A stretch of 64,000 bases of DNA from Spirochaetia bacterium (lineage in GTDB: Bacteria > Spirochaetota > Spirochaetia > DSM-27196 > Salinispiraceae): the NCBI GenBank assembly GCA_038204425.1, contig JBBRCZ010000014.1, positions 14,080 to 78,079 of the forward strand. The letters run 5' to 3'. The notes under the pieces are model-generated. The model was given only the letters and a program-made list of their open reading frames with translations, searched no databases and had not been told where the DNA came from. Numbering within the stretch: position 1 is the first letter of the stretch; each line of letters starts with the position of its first letter. The translations under genes and the position numbers were made by a program. Shown here piece after piece: positions 38,914 to 48,849 of the stretch.

Positions 38914-39795
38914 GTCAAAGACTCCTGTGCTGAGGTAGCGGTCGCCACGGTCGCACATGATAACGACGATCACTGCGTTGTGGACTTCTTTGTCAATCTG
39001 GAGTGCTGCCCAGACATTGCCCCCCGACGAGATGCCGGCCAAGATGCCTTCTTGACTTGCCAGCAATCTGGTGCTGTCTTCGGCGGCTTGTGTACTGACA
39101 GGGATTATGCGGTCAAGTTGTTTGGGGTCATAGATTTTGGGCAAGTACTGGTCTGGCCACTTGCGTATGCCAGGAATGCAAGCGCCTTCGTCGGGCACTG
39201 CGCCAACTATTTGGATGGCAGGATTCTTGGTCTTTAGAAACAAAGCTGTGCCCATTAAGGTGCCGGTGGTTCCGGTAGAGGCTACAAAATGGGTCACTTT
39301 GCCGCTAGTTTGTTGCCATATTTCTGGCCCAGTGCCAATAAAATGGGACTTTGGATTGTCGGGATTGGCAAACTGATCAAGAATGATACCCCTACCAGCC
39401 GCTTCGAGCTCACGTGCTTTATCAATGGCGGCTTCCATATTGCCTTCTTTGGGGGTCAACAGAATCTCGGCTCCGTAGGCAGCCATGGTTTGTCGTCGTT
39501 CGATGCTGGCGTTCTCAGGCATGATAAGTGTCATTTTATAGCCAAGCACGGCTGCCACCATGGCCAAGGCGATGCCCGTGTTACCACTGGTGGCTTCGAT
39601 TAATCGGTCTCCGGGCTGTATGCGGCCAGATTCTTGAGCGCCACGAATCATCTCAAGCGCCGGCCTGTCTTTGACTGAGCCGGCCGGATTATTTCCTTCT
39701 AGCTTTAGGACGATAAAGTTGTTGCCGGTGCCTAGTTTCTGAAGTTGTGCGACGGGGCTATGGCCAACCAGGTCAATGATGCTCGGAAATTTCAT
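38896..39795 (-). CDS. cysM: Cysteine synthase B (CysM)
   Basis: KLEGNNPAGSVKDRPA, ATSGNTG, QFANPDN, IPGIRKW, DRGDRYLSTGVF. Confidence 0.92.
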   Translation of the reverse strand: MKFPSIIDLVGHSPVAQLQKLGTGNNFIVLKLEGNNPAGSVKDRPALEMIRGAQESGRIQPGDRLIEATSGNTGIALAMVAAVLGYKMTLIMPENASIERRQTMAAYGAEILLTPKEGNMEAAIDKARELEAAGRGIILDQFANPDNPKSHFIGTGPEIWQQTSGKVTHFVASTGTTGTLMGTALFLKTKNPAIQIVGAVPDEGACIPGIRKWPDQYLPKIYDPKQLDRIIPVSTQAAEDSTRLLASQEGILAGISSGGNVWAALQIDKEVHNAVIVVIMCDRGDRYLSTGVFDLEDTK

Positions 39796-39819
39796 GATAT
39801 AGCCCCCGTTGTCTATATT

Positions 39820-40239
39820 TTAGTCCTTAAGTTTTGGCTTTAACAAACCAAACAAGAAGGCTCCAATCAGTGCACCGGCCAAGATAAACAGGGCTGGCCA
39901 TTGAAGATTGCCAAGCAAAGCATAGATTGGACCAGGGCAGGCAGTAGTAAGGTACCAACCGACACCAAAAATCAATCCGCCAAAGATTATGCCTGGTCTA
40001 AACGGTCGGTCTTTGACTTGGTAGTCTTGGCCGCCAATGTCTTTTTTGGTGATTGCTTTTAGAATTAGTGTGCTCACTAGTCCTACTGCAACTGCACTGG
40101 CAATAACCAAATAGAGATGAGGCTCTGCAAAGGCAAACATACGGCGAATGCGCACAAATGAGATAAGCTGAGCCTTGCTTAGACCTATAGCAAAAGCGAC
40201 GCCGAGACCCAAAAGTATCGGATATTTCCACCACTTCAT
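39820..40239 (-). CDS. YeeE/YedE sulfur-compound transporter, half-size subunit
   Basis: Four TM; GGLIFGVGWYLTTACPGP motif. Confidence 0.82.
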   Translation of the reverse strand: MKWWKYPILLGLGVAFAIGLSKAQLISFVRIRRMFAFAEPHLYLVIASAVAVGLVSTLILKAITKKDIGGQDYQVKDRPFRPGIIFGGLIFGVGWYLTTACPGPIYALLGNLQWPALFILAGALIGAFLFGLLKPKLKD

Positions 40240-40739
40240 GGTACTATCCCTCCAAAGAACATTCGATGTACAAAGCTGGCGGCTACCCCACCGGCTACAA
40301 AGCAAATTGAGGCGATAAGTGAAGATAGCTTAAGCTGTGAAATGCCATTTATGGTATGGCCTGAGGTACAACCATCTGCCCAACGTGTGCCAAAGCCAAC
40401 CAAAATGCCACCAAAAAACAAGGTTAGTATGCCTTCCCAACTGCTGCCCGCATTGTCAGGCATCAGTTGAATTCCAGCTCCACCTAACCATTGTTGGGTA
40501 ACAAAACCACCAAACAATAGTCCAAGAACAAAGACCAACTGCCAACTGCCTTCCTTCTTCCAATCGTAGTTGAAGTAAGTGAGCTTAGTTTTGGTTCTCT
40601 GTGGCAGCAGGATCGAGCAAGCGTGTCTAAAACTTGATGAAATGCCAAGCTCTTTGCCGGCAAGCAGCAAGAACGCAGGTACAAAAAGGCCAATAATTGG
40701 GCCTGCGATGTACCAAGGAAGTGGATCATTGATTTCCAT
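40236..40739 (-). CDS. YeeE/YedE sulfur-compound transporter, half-size subunit
   Basis: LGISS, GGILVGFGTRWADGCTSGH. Confidence 0.85.
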   Translation of the reverse strand: MEINDPLPWYIAGPIIGLFVPAFLLLAGKELGISSSFRHACSILLPQRTKTKLTYFNYDWKKEGSWQLVFVLGLLFGGFVTQQWLGGAGIQLMPDNAGSSWEGILTLFFGGILVGFGTRWADGCTSGHTINGISQLKLSSLIASICFVAGGVAASFVHRMFFGGIVP

Positions 40740-40767
40740 AAGAGACTCCTTCTTTTTACATGCTATT

Positions 40768-42528
40768 CTACTCTACTGAGTTTGTCAACAATGGAATGCT
40801 GATGCAAACAGAAGTTCCTTGTGCAACTTCACTTAAAATTTCTAGATGGGCGGATGTTCCGTAGGTCAATAGCAATCGTTGACGAACATTGTAGACACCG
40901 TAGCCCAAAGAAGCGTCTTCGCTTGAAATAAGTTCGTGCAAAGTGGCAGCGTCCATACCGCAGCCATCGTCGCTGACGGTAAGCAGAACATTGCTTTCAA
41001 ATTTGCGAGCGCTGATTTTGAGGTGCAGAGGCGCGTCGGTTCCGCCATGTTCGACTGAGTTTTCTGCAAAGGGCTGCAAGATCATCTTTGGACAGCACAT
41101 CTCACGCAGGTCGTCGGGCAAGTCCAAGCTGTAGAAGAATAAGTGCTCACGTTTGATTGCTTGAACTTCGCACCAGGCTTTACAAATTTCAAATTCTTGC
41201 GCTAGTTGGATCATCTCCATGCCCTTGGACAAACCCAAACGATAGAATTTTGCCAATGATAGAACCATTTTGTGGACATTGTCACCTTTGCCAAGACGCG
41301 AAAGGCGGCTGATTGAAGACAATGAGTTGTAGAGAAAGTGCGGATTTATTTGAGCTTGCAGTAAATTGATGGTGGCTTGCTTACGTTCCAGCTCGACTTG
41401 GTAAACGCGCTCAATTAGTGTCTCTATGGTAAGTGAGGCGGCGTTAAATGCGCGAGCAATTTTGCCAAACTCATCGTCACCACTGGGCAAGGGAATTTTG
41501 ACTTTAAAGTCTCCATCTTCAAACGCTTTGAGAGAGACTACAATTTGGTCGATGCGGCGCGAAAAATAACGCGAAAAAATTAAGCTTGCTGTAGTGCTGA
41601 TAGCGAGAACCAGACCAGCGATGATTATGCTTGCGCTCAGCATGCCCGACAAGCCTTGGTAGACAAAAAACTGGGGTGTCAGCAGTTCCATAACCCAGTC
41701 ACTATCGGGGATAGGTCGCGAGAGTAATGGTGTGCCTAAAGGACTGTCAGAGTCCCCTATTGAAGAGAAAACGATAGCGCCAGCAGCGTCGCGAATTCTA
41801 AAACTCGAGCCAATTGGCCGGTTTTCGGTGAGTTCGGAAAAAAGTGTGCTGGCTTGTACCCTGGCTCTAACTCGTCCGTGGTAAGCAAGATCGTTGACGC
41901 TAATGATCTGCCGATATAGTGACAAACTCTCATTTTTGACGTCGGTCGCGTCACGTTCCCAGACAAACTGGATGTCCAAGTAATCACTGTCAGGGGTCGC
42001 CGAGCTGTTAGCAGTCTTTAGATGGCGAATCTCCAGAAAGCTGCCGCGTAAAAAGGGAGAAGGATTGTTGTTGGCAAAGTATACTTGCGGAAGCCTTTTT
42101 TCTGTCAGCTCAAGCGTCACCCAAACGGTAATTGGACTGGACATCAAAATGGCCTGCACGTTGGGAAACAAATTGCTCTTGAGGCGGATATTGGTCATGG
42201 CTAGGTCGTTGGGGTTGGAAACGATAAACTGCAAGTCTTTGTTGAGGCTAATCTCAGTGCAGATCCTGCGCAACTCCCGTATTCGATAGGTTGCCGCTTC
42301 GGCGGATTGGCCAAGCAACGTTTCTGCATCCTTCTGAATCAAAGAAATATTGGCGTCGCGCAGGGCCACAACCGACCAAGTTCCTAAGGTCAGGATGGTA
42401 AAGAGTGTAATGATGATTGATGAGAAGGCGATTTGCCTGCCAATCTTGCCGCGCAGCCATGGGAAGTTCCAAATCACGACAAAGTCCCTCCAGGATCCAA
42501 CTTTGGCATGGTATACTAGGCCCAGCAA
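40768..42528 (-). CDS. YesM/LytS-type sensor histidine kinase with HAMP domain (start uncertain, possibly ~42478)
   Basis: DEFGKIARAFN, LQAQINPHFLYNSL, LQPFAENSVEHG, DDGCGM, GYGVYNVRQRL. Confidence 0.9.
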   Translation of the reverse strand: MLGLVYHAKVGSWRDFVVIWNFPWLRGKIGRQIAFSSIIITLFTILTLGTWSVVALRDANISLIQKDAETLLGQSAEAATYRIRELRRICTEISLNKDLQFIVSNPNDLAMTNIRLKSNLFPNVQAILMSSPITVWVTLELTEKRLPQVYFANNNPSPFLRGSFLEIRHLKTANSSATPDSDYLDIQFVWERDATDVKNESLSLYRQIISVNDLAYHGRVRARVQASTLFSELTENRPIGSSFRIRDAAGAIVFSSIGDSDSPLGTPLLSRPIPDSDWVMELLTPQFFVYQGLSGMLSASIIIAGLVLAISTTASLIFSRYFSRRIDQIVVSLKAFEDGDFKVKIPLPSGDDEFGKIARAFNAASLTIETLIERVYQVELERKQATINLLQAQINPHFLYNSLSSISRLSRLGKGDNVHKMVLSLAKFYRLGLSKGMEMIQLAQEFEICKAWCEVQAIKREHLFFYSLDLPDDLREMCCPKMILQPFAENSVEHGGTDAPLHLKISARKFESNVLLTVSDDGCGMDAATLHELISSEDASLGYGVYNVRQRLLLTYGTSAHLEILSEVAQGTSVCISIPLLTNSVE

Positions 42529-42557
42529 TTTTGTACAGGAGAAGTAAACTCAGACCT

Positions 42558-44405
42558 ATGGAAAAGCAAAGCCAAACAATTTTAGTAACGGTACACAGCG
42601 ACTTAAGTCAAGTCTTTAAAGAAGCACAAACACTCTTGCAAGACGGAGTCGAACTTGAGCTTGTTTTTGCTAGTGGGACCTACTATTGCCCTTCATTAAG
42701 CATCGACATGAGCGATTGCCCCGAGCAGGCAAGACTTGTTTTAACTGGTTATCCAAATGGACAAACGATTTTGAGCGGTGCACAAGTCTTAGCGAGTGTT
42801 GACTGGCAGGATGAGGGGCTGGGTTTGTTTAGTTGCAACTGGCCAGGTGACGGTAAACTGCGGGCCGATCCTTGGTTTCCAAGCAAGCAAGCCATTGGAC
42901 TACGGAGCGAAATGTTAACAATTAACGGCCGCCAGTTTAAACCACGCGATCTTGAAGACTATGAGCTAAACGGTTTTTGGAATGTAGAAACGCCTCAGCA
43001 CCAACGAACAACGCTTGAGCACAAGCTTAAGCTTGGACTTGATCCGCACCTGCTTGTAGCTGGTGAGTTTGGCATCGTAGCCGGGGCTGATGGTCAGGCA
43101 CTGAGAGTCTATGTGCGCCTTGGCGAGGCCCAAGAGCACCACTCAAATCCTTGTCGCAAGCAAGTTTTGGTTGAAGCAGCACTCAATAGTCGCCTTCTGA
43201 CTTTTACCAATGCGCACCATCTTACTTGTAAGAACTTAACGTTTACAATGTGTGCTGGACAGCCGGCCGAGGGCTTTGAGACACCCGTTAAGTTTCTTGC
43301 CAAGAGCCGCTTGGTAGCTTTTGAGCATTGCAATTTTGTCTGGAACTCAGGTTTTGGACTCAATATTGAGGGACTTGACGACCTAAGTTTTGAGTCGTGT
43401 GCTTTTAACCACAACGGTTACGGAGGCCTTGGTCTTGGCTCCATAAATAATCTGACTATAAATTCTTGTGAAAGCAGCTACAATGATTGGCGCAATGTGT
43501 GGGGTGGCGATTTTGTTAATTGCCATTGTACGGCAGGCATCAAGGCGCATCGCGTCGCTAAGGCGGTGGTCAGTAATCATCGTTCTTGCGCCAACGCTGT
43601 TAATGGCATTTGGTTTGACGTCTATTGTTCTGACGTGCTAGTCAAGGATAGTCTTTGTTTGTTGAATGGCCGAGAAGGCTTGTTTTTTGAACTGTCAGAA
43701 GGCCCCTTTGAAGCCTACAACAATCTGTTGCTTGCAAACGGTGAACATGGCCTAATTGTGGATGTCGTTGGCAGAAGCTTTTGTCATCACAACCTTGTGG
43801 TGGCAATCAACGTCGACGGTTTGCCAGGTAGTACGCGCGGCGCGGTGGATTTTGGTCAAGGTTTGCGCTACAATGAGCATAGCAATCAGAATATGGTCCC
43901 GGGTTTGGAGCATATCTTTAAGGATAACCTGGTGTTTGGGACGGATGGCAGCGGAGCGCTTATGGCTTTGCACAATCGAGTCTTGTTGCGCGACCAAGCC
44001 GCGGATAATGCCTACCAAATCTTTTGGCATTGTTTTGAGTTTGGCAACAATAGTTTTCAGCTAGCCAGTGGAGCAAACCAAACACGAGCCTTTGTGATAG
44101 AGGATAGTCGAACTGCGGTGATTAAGCGTTTTGGTATTGAGCAATGGCAGCTTACCGAGTTTGTCGGCGCGAGCGACGACCGTTTGACTGACGTGGGTCT
44201 TGTTGACCCGCAAGGCTTTGACTGCAGACGGCGAGACCAGCTAGCGCAGCCGAGTGTCATGCCGTTTGTAAAAATAGATGATGAGTTGCTATCCTATTGT
44301 CTAACTTGGTACCAATGTCTTGGTTTTGAACTATCATACGAAGGACTTAGCACGTTTACGAGTGGACGAGCACATGGTTTACAATTTTTTGGCCTGGAGA
44401 TGTAA
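42558..44405 (+). CDS. Right-handed parallel beta-helix (pectin lyase-like) protein
   Basis: SGTY, LSGA, repeated N.G.G motifs, GIWFD, GLFFE; ATG at 42558. Confidence 0.7.
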   Translation: MEKQSQTILVTVHSDLSQVFKEAQTLLQDGVELELVFASGTYYCPSLSIDMSDCPEQARLVLTGYPNGQTILSGAQVLASVDWQDEGLGLFSCNWPGDGKLRADPWFPSKQAIGLRSEMLTINGRQFKPRDLEDYELNGFWNVETPQHQRTTLEHKLKLGLDPHLLVAGEFGIVAGADGQALRVYVRLGEAQEHHSNPCRKQVLVEAALNSRLLTFTNAHHLTCKNLTFTMCAGQPAEGFETPVKFLAKSRLVAFEHCNFVWNSGFGLNIEGLDDLSFESCAFNHNGYGGLGLGSINNLTINSCESSYNDWRNVWGGDFVNCHCTAGIKAHRVAKAVVSNHRSCANAVNGIWFDVYCSDVLVKDSLCLLNGREGLFFELSEGPFEAYNNLLLANGEHGLIVDVVGRSFCHHNLVVAINVDGLPGSTRGAVDFGQGLRYNEHSNQNMVPGLEHIFKDNLVFGTDGSGALMALHNRVLLRDQAADNAYQIFWHCFEFGNNSFQLASGANQTRAFVIEDSRTAVIKRFGIEQWQLTEFVGASDDRLTDVGLVDPQGFDCRRRDQLAQPSVMPFVKIDDELLSYCLTWYQCLGFELSYEGLSTFTSGRAHGLQFFGLEM

Positions 44406-44407
44406 AA

Positions 44408-45556
44408 ATGAGCAAGAAGAAAGACTGCGGCTTTGCCGTGGTCGGTGCCGGCGGCCGCTTAACTGAGCTGACTAAACTGTTTGGCTGCGAGCAGGGCATA
44501 CGTCTTATAGGCGCTTGGGATCCCGAACCAGCGGCACTCTCCAAGATCATTAAGAGTGTTGATGCTTGGGCGGCTCGGGCTAAAAAATATGCCAACTATG
44601 AAGAGCTTTTGGCCGACCAAGACGTTGACTGGGTTTTTGTAGGGTCTCCAAACTGTTACCATGCAGGCCAGATTTTGCAAGCTTTTGCGGCCGGTAAGCA
44701 TGTTTTTGCCGAAAAACCTCTGGCTTTGACCGTAGAAGATTGCTTGGCTATCAGAGAGGCACACCACACTAGCAAGCGACTGTTTGCGACTGGTTTTACC
44801 CTGCGCTATTCGCCCTTGTATCGCAAGGCAAAACAATTGGTGGCCAGTGGACTGATTGGCAAGCTGATAAGCATCGATGCCAACGAAAATCTCTCGCCGG
44901 GGCATGGCACTTATATAATGTCAAACTGGCGGCGACACATAGAAATTTCTGGGCCCAATGTCTTGGAAAAGTGTTGTCATGACTTGGATATCCTCAACTG
45001 GATATGCGACTCACTGCCGGTCAAAGTTGCGGCCTTTGGTGGCACCGACATTTTTGTGCCAGAAAATGCCGAGCTCTATGAGACTTCTAGTATGTTTCAC
45101 GAATGGGACTATTTGCGCCATGACGACGTTAATCCTTTTACCAGTGACAAGTCGATTGAAGACAATTTAGTGACAATTTTGCAATATGCCAACGGCGTGC
45201 GCGCCCAGTTTATGCTCACCATGTGCAACCCAATTGCCGAACGTCGTATGTTTATTAGTGGAAGCAAAGGCACCATAATTCTTGACCTAGTTAAGTCCAA
45301 CTTGATTGTGCGCACGCTGACCGATGAGGCACAACGTGAGTACGTTGGCTTGGGTAAGAACCATGGCCATGCTGGCGGTGACGAAGTGATGACCGCTGAG
45401 CTCTCAAAGGTGATGCGCGGCGAGGGGGAGATTGTGTGTGGTGGTGACGAAGGCCTACGCAGCGCCGTAGTTGCAATTGCGATAGAAAAAGCACGCAGAG
45501 AAGACACCATAGTGCGCTTAGATGAGGTCTGGAAGTCTTTGGGGGTCAGCTTCTAA
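44408..45556 (+). CDS. Gfo/Idh/MocA-family oxidoreductase
   Basis: VVGAGGR, GKHVFAEKP, EKCCHDLD, HAGGD. Confidence 0.9.
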   Translation: MSKKKDCGFAVVGAGGRLTELTKLFGCEQGIRLIGAWDPEPAALSKIIKSVDAWAARAKKYANYEELLADQDVDWVFVGSPNCYHAGQILQAFAAGKHVFAEKPLALTVEDCLAIREAHHTSKRLFATGFTLRYSPLYRKAKQLVASGLIGKLISIDANENLSPGHGTYIMSNWRRHIEISGPNVLEKCCHDLDILNWICDSLPVKVAAFGGTDIFVPENAELYETSSMFHEWDYLRHDDVNPFTSDKSIEDNLVTILQYANGVRAQFMLTMCNPIAERRMFISGSKGTIILDLVKSNLIVRTLTDEAQREYVGLGKNHGHAGGDEVMTAELSKVMRGEGEIVCGGDEGLRSAVVAIAIEKARREDTIVRLDEVWKSLGVSF

Positions 45557-45559
45557 TGT

Positions 45560-46543
45560 TTAGTTGACGGTGCAGGCAAGTATAAAAGCAAGGTCAGCAT
45601 AGGCTTTGGCAAAAGTGCTGTGCGGTTTTTTGCCTTGCGTTATTGCTTGGTAAAAGTCTCTAAACTCAGCTTCAAATCCCCAGTCATCGCTTAGGTCTTC
45701 TTCGTGGATGCTATCGTCTGCCTTCTTTAGAGTGAGTAAGTTGTGCTCAAAAGTGAGCGTGCCTGCGCTGCCCAAGATTATCAATTGATTTTGTTCGTGA
45801 GCGACGACACTAAAACCCAAGCTGAGACTGCCGTGCAGGCCAGACTGACTTACAAAGTGGCACATCATGCAGTCAGTGCTACCAATGGCCGGGTTAACGC
45901 AGTCACTAAAACTTGACAGCAGCTCAAGCGGGCCAAGTAAGTCATGTAACGCTGCCACATCATGCACGCCGGCATCAGTGATAAAACCACCTTGATAGAC
46001 GTGATTCTTGCGCCAGCTAGTTTGAGCGTATTTATTATCATCTTCTATCTTGGTTAAATGACGCCATTGCACTAAATATGGCCTGCCAATGCTTCCGTTG
46101 GCGATTAGTTCTTTTATTCGTCCAATAAAGCGACGGTAGCGTACGTTTTCGGCAACCATCGCCACTTGGTGAGGGAAGTTCTTTTCTAAGTCTAACAAAG
46201 CTGCTGCACTATTTAGGTTTTCTGCCAAAGGTTTTTCACAGATCACGTGCTTGCCAGCGCGAAGACTATCCCGGATGACTGGAGCGTTGAGCTCGACAGG
46301 TAGGGCAATATTGACGGCCGCAATCTCTGGGTTTGCCAAAATGTTTTGATAGTCCGTGCTGCAAGCCGGTTCTTTGCCGGTAGAGCTGCCAATCAACTTG
46401 GCAAAGGACAGGGCCTTGGCTGGGCTGCGATTGCATACTTCAACGATCTCAAAGCAATCGCTGAGATTTTTTAAGGCTGGCCAATGTAGGTCATTGGCGG
46501 CAATGCCACAGCCAATTATGCCAAGCTTAACGCGGCCACTCAT
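45560..46543 (-). CDS. Gfo/Idh/MocA-family oxidoreductase
   Basis: GIIGCG, GKHVICEKP, DAGVH. Confidence 0.9.
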   Translation of the reverse strand: MSGRVKLGIIGCGIAANDLHWPALKNLSDCFEIVEVCNRSPAKALSFAKLIGSSTGKEPACSTDYQNILANPEIAAVNIALPVELNAPVIRDSLRAGKHVICEKPLAENLNSAAALLDLEKNFPHQVAMVAENVRYRRFIGRIKELIANGSIGRPYLVQWRHLTKIEDDNKYAQTSWRKNHVYQGGFITDAGVHDVAALHDLLGPLELLSSFSDCVNPAIGSTDCMMCHFVSQSGLHGSLSLGFSVVAHEQNQLIILGSAGTLTFEHNLLTLKKADDSIHEEDLSDDWGFEAEFRDFYQAITQGKKPHSTFAKAYADLAFILACTVN

Positions 46544-47298
46544 TGGCCAAGTCCTTGAGGGCGAGCTGTGCCCGTGTCACTCAATGGCAGATAGCTATGA
46601 CGCACACAGCCAGCTTGGTCAAAATCCAAAATGACCACGTGGTTGCCAGTACTTTTGCTAAGCTGCTTGGGGTCTAACTTGGCACCCGCGCCGCCGGTGA
46701 CCACTAGAGGGTAGTCGTCAACAGTTGTTTGATAGTAGCCGCGATGATGCCCGCAGACAATTAGATCAATATTGGGACGGAAGATATCTAAAAGTTGTCG
46801 CAACTTGTTCCATTGGGCCAGATCCATGGTTTGGTCGTCCAGGTTATTGGGTGGTGGCTGATGAAAAAAAACGACGATGTGGGGTCGGTGATGGTTGGCC
46901 AACATCGATTGTGCAAAGTCTAGCGTTTCTTGGTCAAAACTTCCCTTGCCATTGTCCAAAAATAGTAGCAAAAGTTGGTCAGTATGCAAAATGTAATTGC
47001 GCAAACCAAAGTAGTCACGATAGTGGCTGGTGTCGTGTCTGCCACAAAGCGCGTAGACCACAACTGGCGCAAAGTTGTTGATAAAGCTACTAACGCTCTG
47101 GTAATGCGCGTGAATGCCACGCTGAACCAGATCACCCAAAATCACGATGCCATCGGACTCGCAAGCCGTGAGTGCTTTTTCGAAGGTGCTCATGGTGACA
47201 GGCCCCAGTCCATCGCAACCAGGCGCACCAAGCAAGGTAAGTTTGGAAATAGTATTGATACGATTGACTTGGTGGGTAATTTTTCTCACGCCTTGCAT
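46540..47298 (-). CDS. Calcineurin-like metallophosphoesterase with degenerate motifs
   Basis: GDLV, GRHD, HQPP, GHH, TGGAG. Confidence 0.75.
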   Translation of the reverse strand: MQGVRKITHQVNRINTISKLTLLGAPGCDGLGPVTMSTFEKALTACESDGIVILGDLVQRGIHAHYQSVSSFINNFAPVVVYALCGRHDTSHYRDYFGLRNYILHTDQLLLLFLDNGKGSFDQETLDFAQSMLANHHRPHIVVFFHQPPPNNLDDQTMDLAQWNKLRQLLDIFRPNIDLIVCGHHRGYYQTTVDDYPLVVTGGAGAKLDPKQLSKSTGNHVVILDFDQAGCVRHSYLPLSDTGTARPQGLGQ

Positions 47299-47403
47299 AT
47301 GATTTGCATCCTACTACATTTTGACAAACCTTTAACAGACTGCGGGCCGCAAGCGCAGCAAGGCCTCTTTGAAGCGCTTGGCGAACGATGCTATAGTTCT
47401 GCC

Positions 47404-47850
47404 ATGAACGTCAACGACTTACTAGCTTGGTTGAACAACAAAGCAGAGTTTAGCTTCTCTAGATCCTCAGGTCCTGGCGGACAGAACGTCAACAAAGTTA
47501 ACTCCAAGTCGACCATACGGGTTGACCTATCCACAATCGAAGGCGTCACTGCAGAAGAGCGAATACGTCTTTTAGAAAAACTTGGACAACGGCTGGTAGG
47601 TGGAAGTATTACGGCTGATGGAACCGTGGTGCCGGGCACCGAACTGCTCATTCAAGTTCAGGACGAACGAAGTCAGCTGCAAAACCGCGCCATTGCGGTT
47701 GAGCGGTCCTTGGCGCTTATAGTGAGAGCTCTGCATCGAGAAAAACCTAGGCGCGCAACCAAGCCCAGCCGAGCCAGCAAAGAGCGCCGAGTAGCCGCCA
47801 AAAAAGTGATCGGCGAGCATAAGAAGAATCGCCGACCGCCCGTAGAGTGA
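47404..47850 (+). CDS. arfB: Alternative ribosome rescue peptidyl-tRNA hydrolase
   Basis: RSSGPGGQNVNKVNS, ERSQLQNR, basic tail RRATKPSRASKERR. Confidence 0.92.
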   Translation: MNVNDLLAWLNNKAEFSFSRSSGPGGQNVNKVNSKSTIRVDLSTIEGVTAEERIRLLEKLGQRLVGGSITADGTVVPGTELLIQVQDERSQLQNRAIAVERSLALIVRALHREKPRRATKPSRASKERRVAAKKVIGEHKKNRRPPVE

Positions 47851-47989
47851 GTGCGCAATTACATTGCTGGTAAATGTCAATATTGTGTCAAAGATCCGAA
47901 GGATCGACTGCACATGTGACTAGAGTCCAATGGACTCGACTTGACTACGGATATCACAATGGCGAATACTATTTCTTTAGGAGAATCTG

Positions 47990-48547
47990 ATGAAAAAAAG
48001 TATGTTGCGCACCGTGCTAATTGCGGTCGCTATTCTCGCAGCACCGGTAACCGTTTTTGCTGGCGGTGCGGGTGAGACCCGTGAGATTACCCAACGAGAG
48101 GATGGCTACCGACAGGTCATTATAGCGAACAACAATACAAAGTTTGCTTGGAAGCTCGCAGGAGATAGCGTGTACTTTGAGCTTTCTGCTCCAGCCGCTG
48201 GGTGGGTGGCTATAGGTCTCAATCCGACATTTGTGATGGAGAAAGCCGATTTTCTGATTGCGTATGTTGACGCAAGCGGGGTTAAAGCGCGAGACGATTT
48301 TGGCATTAGCGCATTTAGCCATAGATCCGATTTGACATTGGGTGGCACGGATGATTTCTCTGATTTATCGGGTGTGGAAGAAAATGGAATTACAATGGTA
48401 AGATTTTCTCGCAAACTCAATAGCGGCGACAAATTTGACAGTGTAATTGATCCGGAAACTGAGCAAGTTATCTTATTGGCTTTTAGCAATACTGACGACT
48501 TTACATCATACCATGTTTGGAAAACCAAGTTAAAAATTAAGCTTTAG
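47990..48547 (+). CDS. Exported DOMON-domain protein
   Basis: Spirochaete-style signal (FAGG..E); GWVAIG...M..AD, FSRKL.SGDKFD, H. Confidence 0.75.
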   Translation: MKKSMLRTVLIAVAILAAPVTVFAGGAGETREITQREDGYRQVIIANNNTKFAWKLAGDSVYFELSAPAAGWVAIGLNPTFVMEKADFLIAYVDASGVKARDDFGISAFSHRSDLTLGGTDDFSDLSGVEENGITMVRFSRKLNSGDKFDSVIDPETEQVILLAFSNTDDFTSYHVWKTKLKIKL

Positions 48548-48849
48548 AATACGGAACTGCTCCGGTCTATTTTGAAATGGAAGCAATCTTGGTGAAACTT
48601 TTTCACCAAGTGCATTACAAATTTGCGCAAATTACGAAAGCTAAGCAGTATCTTGAGGATCTTGTCTGCTTTTTGAGCCCCGTTAAGACACTAAATCAGA
48701 GTCTATCGTTTTGAACGATGGCGTTGCCGGAAAGTTTGGTAGGAATAGTTAATTGGATGGTGGAATCAGTTGTAGCTTGGGGCAAAACCCGAGTTACGGC
48801 GGAAAATTGCCAAATTCCAAAAATGACAGTACCTATCCGCAAAGTATTT

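Noticed and set aside
42417..42557. Overlapping divergent starts of the kinase and the beta-helix gene
   Set aside because: Artefact of longest-ORF calling; ATG 42558 and a downstream kinase start remove the overlap.
46975..47403. Apparent 143-aa N-terminal extension on ArfB (291-aa ORF)
   Set aside because: The extension is largely the antisense of the metallophosphoesterase gene; the ATG at 47404 gives a normal-length ArfB.
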